Positions 4,171 through 5,412 of a stretch of DNA of 5,412 nucleotides are shown piece by piece. Origin of the DNA: a virus (taxonomy: Duplodnaviria; Heunggongvirae; Uroviricota; Caudoviricetes); IMG/VR virus record IMGVR_UViG_2703718819_000016; one strand, written 5' to 3'. The translations under genes and the position numbers were made by a program. Positions within the stretch are counted from its first letter, which is position 1; the number at the start of each line of letters is the position of its first letter. Under the pieces are notes generated by a model. It saw only the letters and a program-made list of their open reading frames with translations. It made no database searches and was not told where the DNA came from.

Positions 4171-5412
4171 CTAAACGGCTCGGATACCCCTTTTACCACT
4201 GGCGAGGGTTACGCCCGTCGCCGCAGCCTCGACAAATTCGCCCCACCAGCGCATAAGCACCACGCGTTTTTCTATGTAGTTGCTCCGGTTGTATGCCCGT
4301 CTCACTTCGTTAGTGTCGACGTGGGCAAGTGCGGCCTCGATTACGTCCGGCTCGAATCCTTCCTCGTTCGCTGCTGTACTGAATATGGCGCGTAATCCAT
4401 GAGACACCAGCACGCCAGCGAACCCCATGCGTCGTAATGCTGCGTTTGCTGTCTGGCTGTTCATTGGCTGCCGTGGGTCTTTCAGACTCGGGAAAACATA
4501 ATCGCGGTGGTGGCTGATTGGTTTCATGGCCTCCAGCACCGCCATAGCCTGACCGGAAAGTGGGATAACGTGATCCCTGCGCATCTTCATGCGTCCGGCG
4601 GGTATCGTCCAGCGTTGCGCGTCCAGGTCGATTTCATCCCACCGCGTTGATGACGCTTCGGCGGGACGGGTTACGGTCAGTAACTGCCATTCAATCAGTA
4701 ATCTGGTCTGCCGTTCTGTTGCCGATACTGATAAAGCCTGCATAAGCTCCGGCAACTGTTCGGGGCGGATTGTTGGCATATGTTTTTTTACAGGGGAGGG
4801 GAACGCCTTACGCACATTCATAGCCGGATTGGCATCAATCAGCCCACTGTTGGCGGCGTAATCCATTACCTCATTAACGCGCTGTAAAACCCGTTTGAGT
4901 GTTTCCAGGTTGCCGCGCTCCTTGATGGGGGTAAGCACCTCAACGAACCTGCGAGCGGTCAGGGTGTCTATTGGGGTGTTGCCGATGAACGGGAATACAT
5001 ATTTATCCAGCGATCGCCAGATGTCTTTAATCGTGTTGGGGGCCAGATTCTGGCTGATTTTCACCTGGTACCATGCCGCCGCCACATTTTCGAACGTGTT
5101 CCCTTGTCTTCGGGCCTCTGCCTCTCGTTTTTTCTTCTCATGGCCCTGCGGGTCAGTTCCGGCACTGATTAACGCTCTGTACTCGCTACGGCGTTTTCTG
5201 GCATCAGCCAGGGAAACATCATCAAGCGATCCAAAACTCAGCAATATTCTTTTTTTGTCCGATGGCCGGTAGTAGGAAAATCGCCAGAGTTTTGATCCGG
5301 ACGGTTTGACCAGGAGAAAAAGCCCTCCGCCGTCCTGTAGGGTGTATTCCTTTTCCGCTGGTCTGGCTGCTTTGATCTGCACCGTGGTTAATGGGGGTGT
5401 TTTTCTCGCCAT
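4171..5412 (-). CDS. int: P4-type tyrosine integrase (site-specific recombinase, IntA-like), full length 413 aa
   Basis: The N-terminus MARKTPPLT...GSKLWRFSYYRP matches the P4/CP4-57 IntA arm-binding region. The C-terminus has catalytic-domain hallmarks (…LLTVTRPAEA…RDHVIPLS…HGLR…VRRAYNRSNY). The start ATG is at 5412-5410, the window edge. Confidence 0.95.
   Translation of the reverse strand: MARKTPPLTTVQIKAARPAEKEYTLQDGGGLFLLVKPSGSKLWRFSYYRPSDKKRILLSFGSLDDVSLADARKRRSEYRALISAGTDPQGHEKKKREAEARRQGNTFENVAAAWYQVKISQNLAPNTIKDIWRSLDKYVFPFIGNTPIDTLTARRFVEVLTPIKERGNLETLKRVLQRVNEVMDYAANSGLIDANPAMNVRKAFPSPVKKHMPTIRPEQLPELMQALSVSATERQTRLLIEWQLLTVTRPAEASSTRWDEIDLDAQRWTIPAGRMKMRRDHVIPLSGQAMAVLEAMKPISHHRDYVFPSLKDPRQPMNSQTANAALRRMGFAGVLVSHGLRAIFSTAANEEGFEPDVIEAALAHVDTNEVRRAYNRSNYIEKRVVLMRWWGEFVEAAATGVTLASGKRGIRAV

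Noticed and set aside
1-5412. CRISPR array, tRNA or rRNA genes, transposase or IS element
   Set aside because: No spaced direct-repeat array, no cloverleaf-compatible tRNA-like sequence and no transposase-like ORF were found by eye. The only repeats are the regulatory and leader repeats described above.

Overview
This window looks like the integrase-proximal early/regulatory region of a P4-family (CP4-57-like) integrative element from an enterobacterium. On the minus strand at the right are a P4-type tyrosine integrase (4171..5412, start codon at the window edge), a small unknown ORF with a strong intrinsic terminator, and an AlpA-family regulator. The centre (about 2217..3440) is a mosaic switch region: two paralogous Arc/Mnt-type ribbon-helix-helix genes on the plus strand, each preceded by its own inverted-repeat operators and by one copy of a ~115-bp diverged direct repeat. 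The second repeat copy carries a relic of the 5' end of the first gene of the leftward operon. Leftward from a promoter embedded in three palindromic operator sites runs a compact minus-strand operon of six small, translationally coupled genes: two paralogues with a FVWRF...TEREAR...ARIRQG domain (one fused to an N-terminal extension), three ~75-aa predicted-helical proteins, and a 99-aa protein. It ends in a replication/primase-like gene that is truncated by the window start and is absent from the ORF track. No rRNA, tRNA, CRISPR array or transposase was found. All functional calls rest on motifs read by eye and on recollection of families; no database search was possible.
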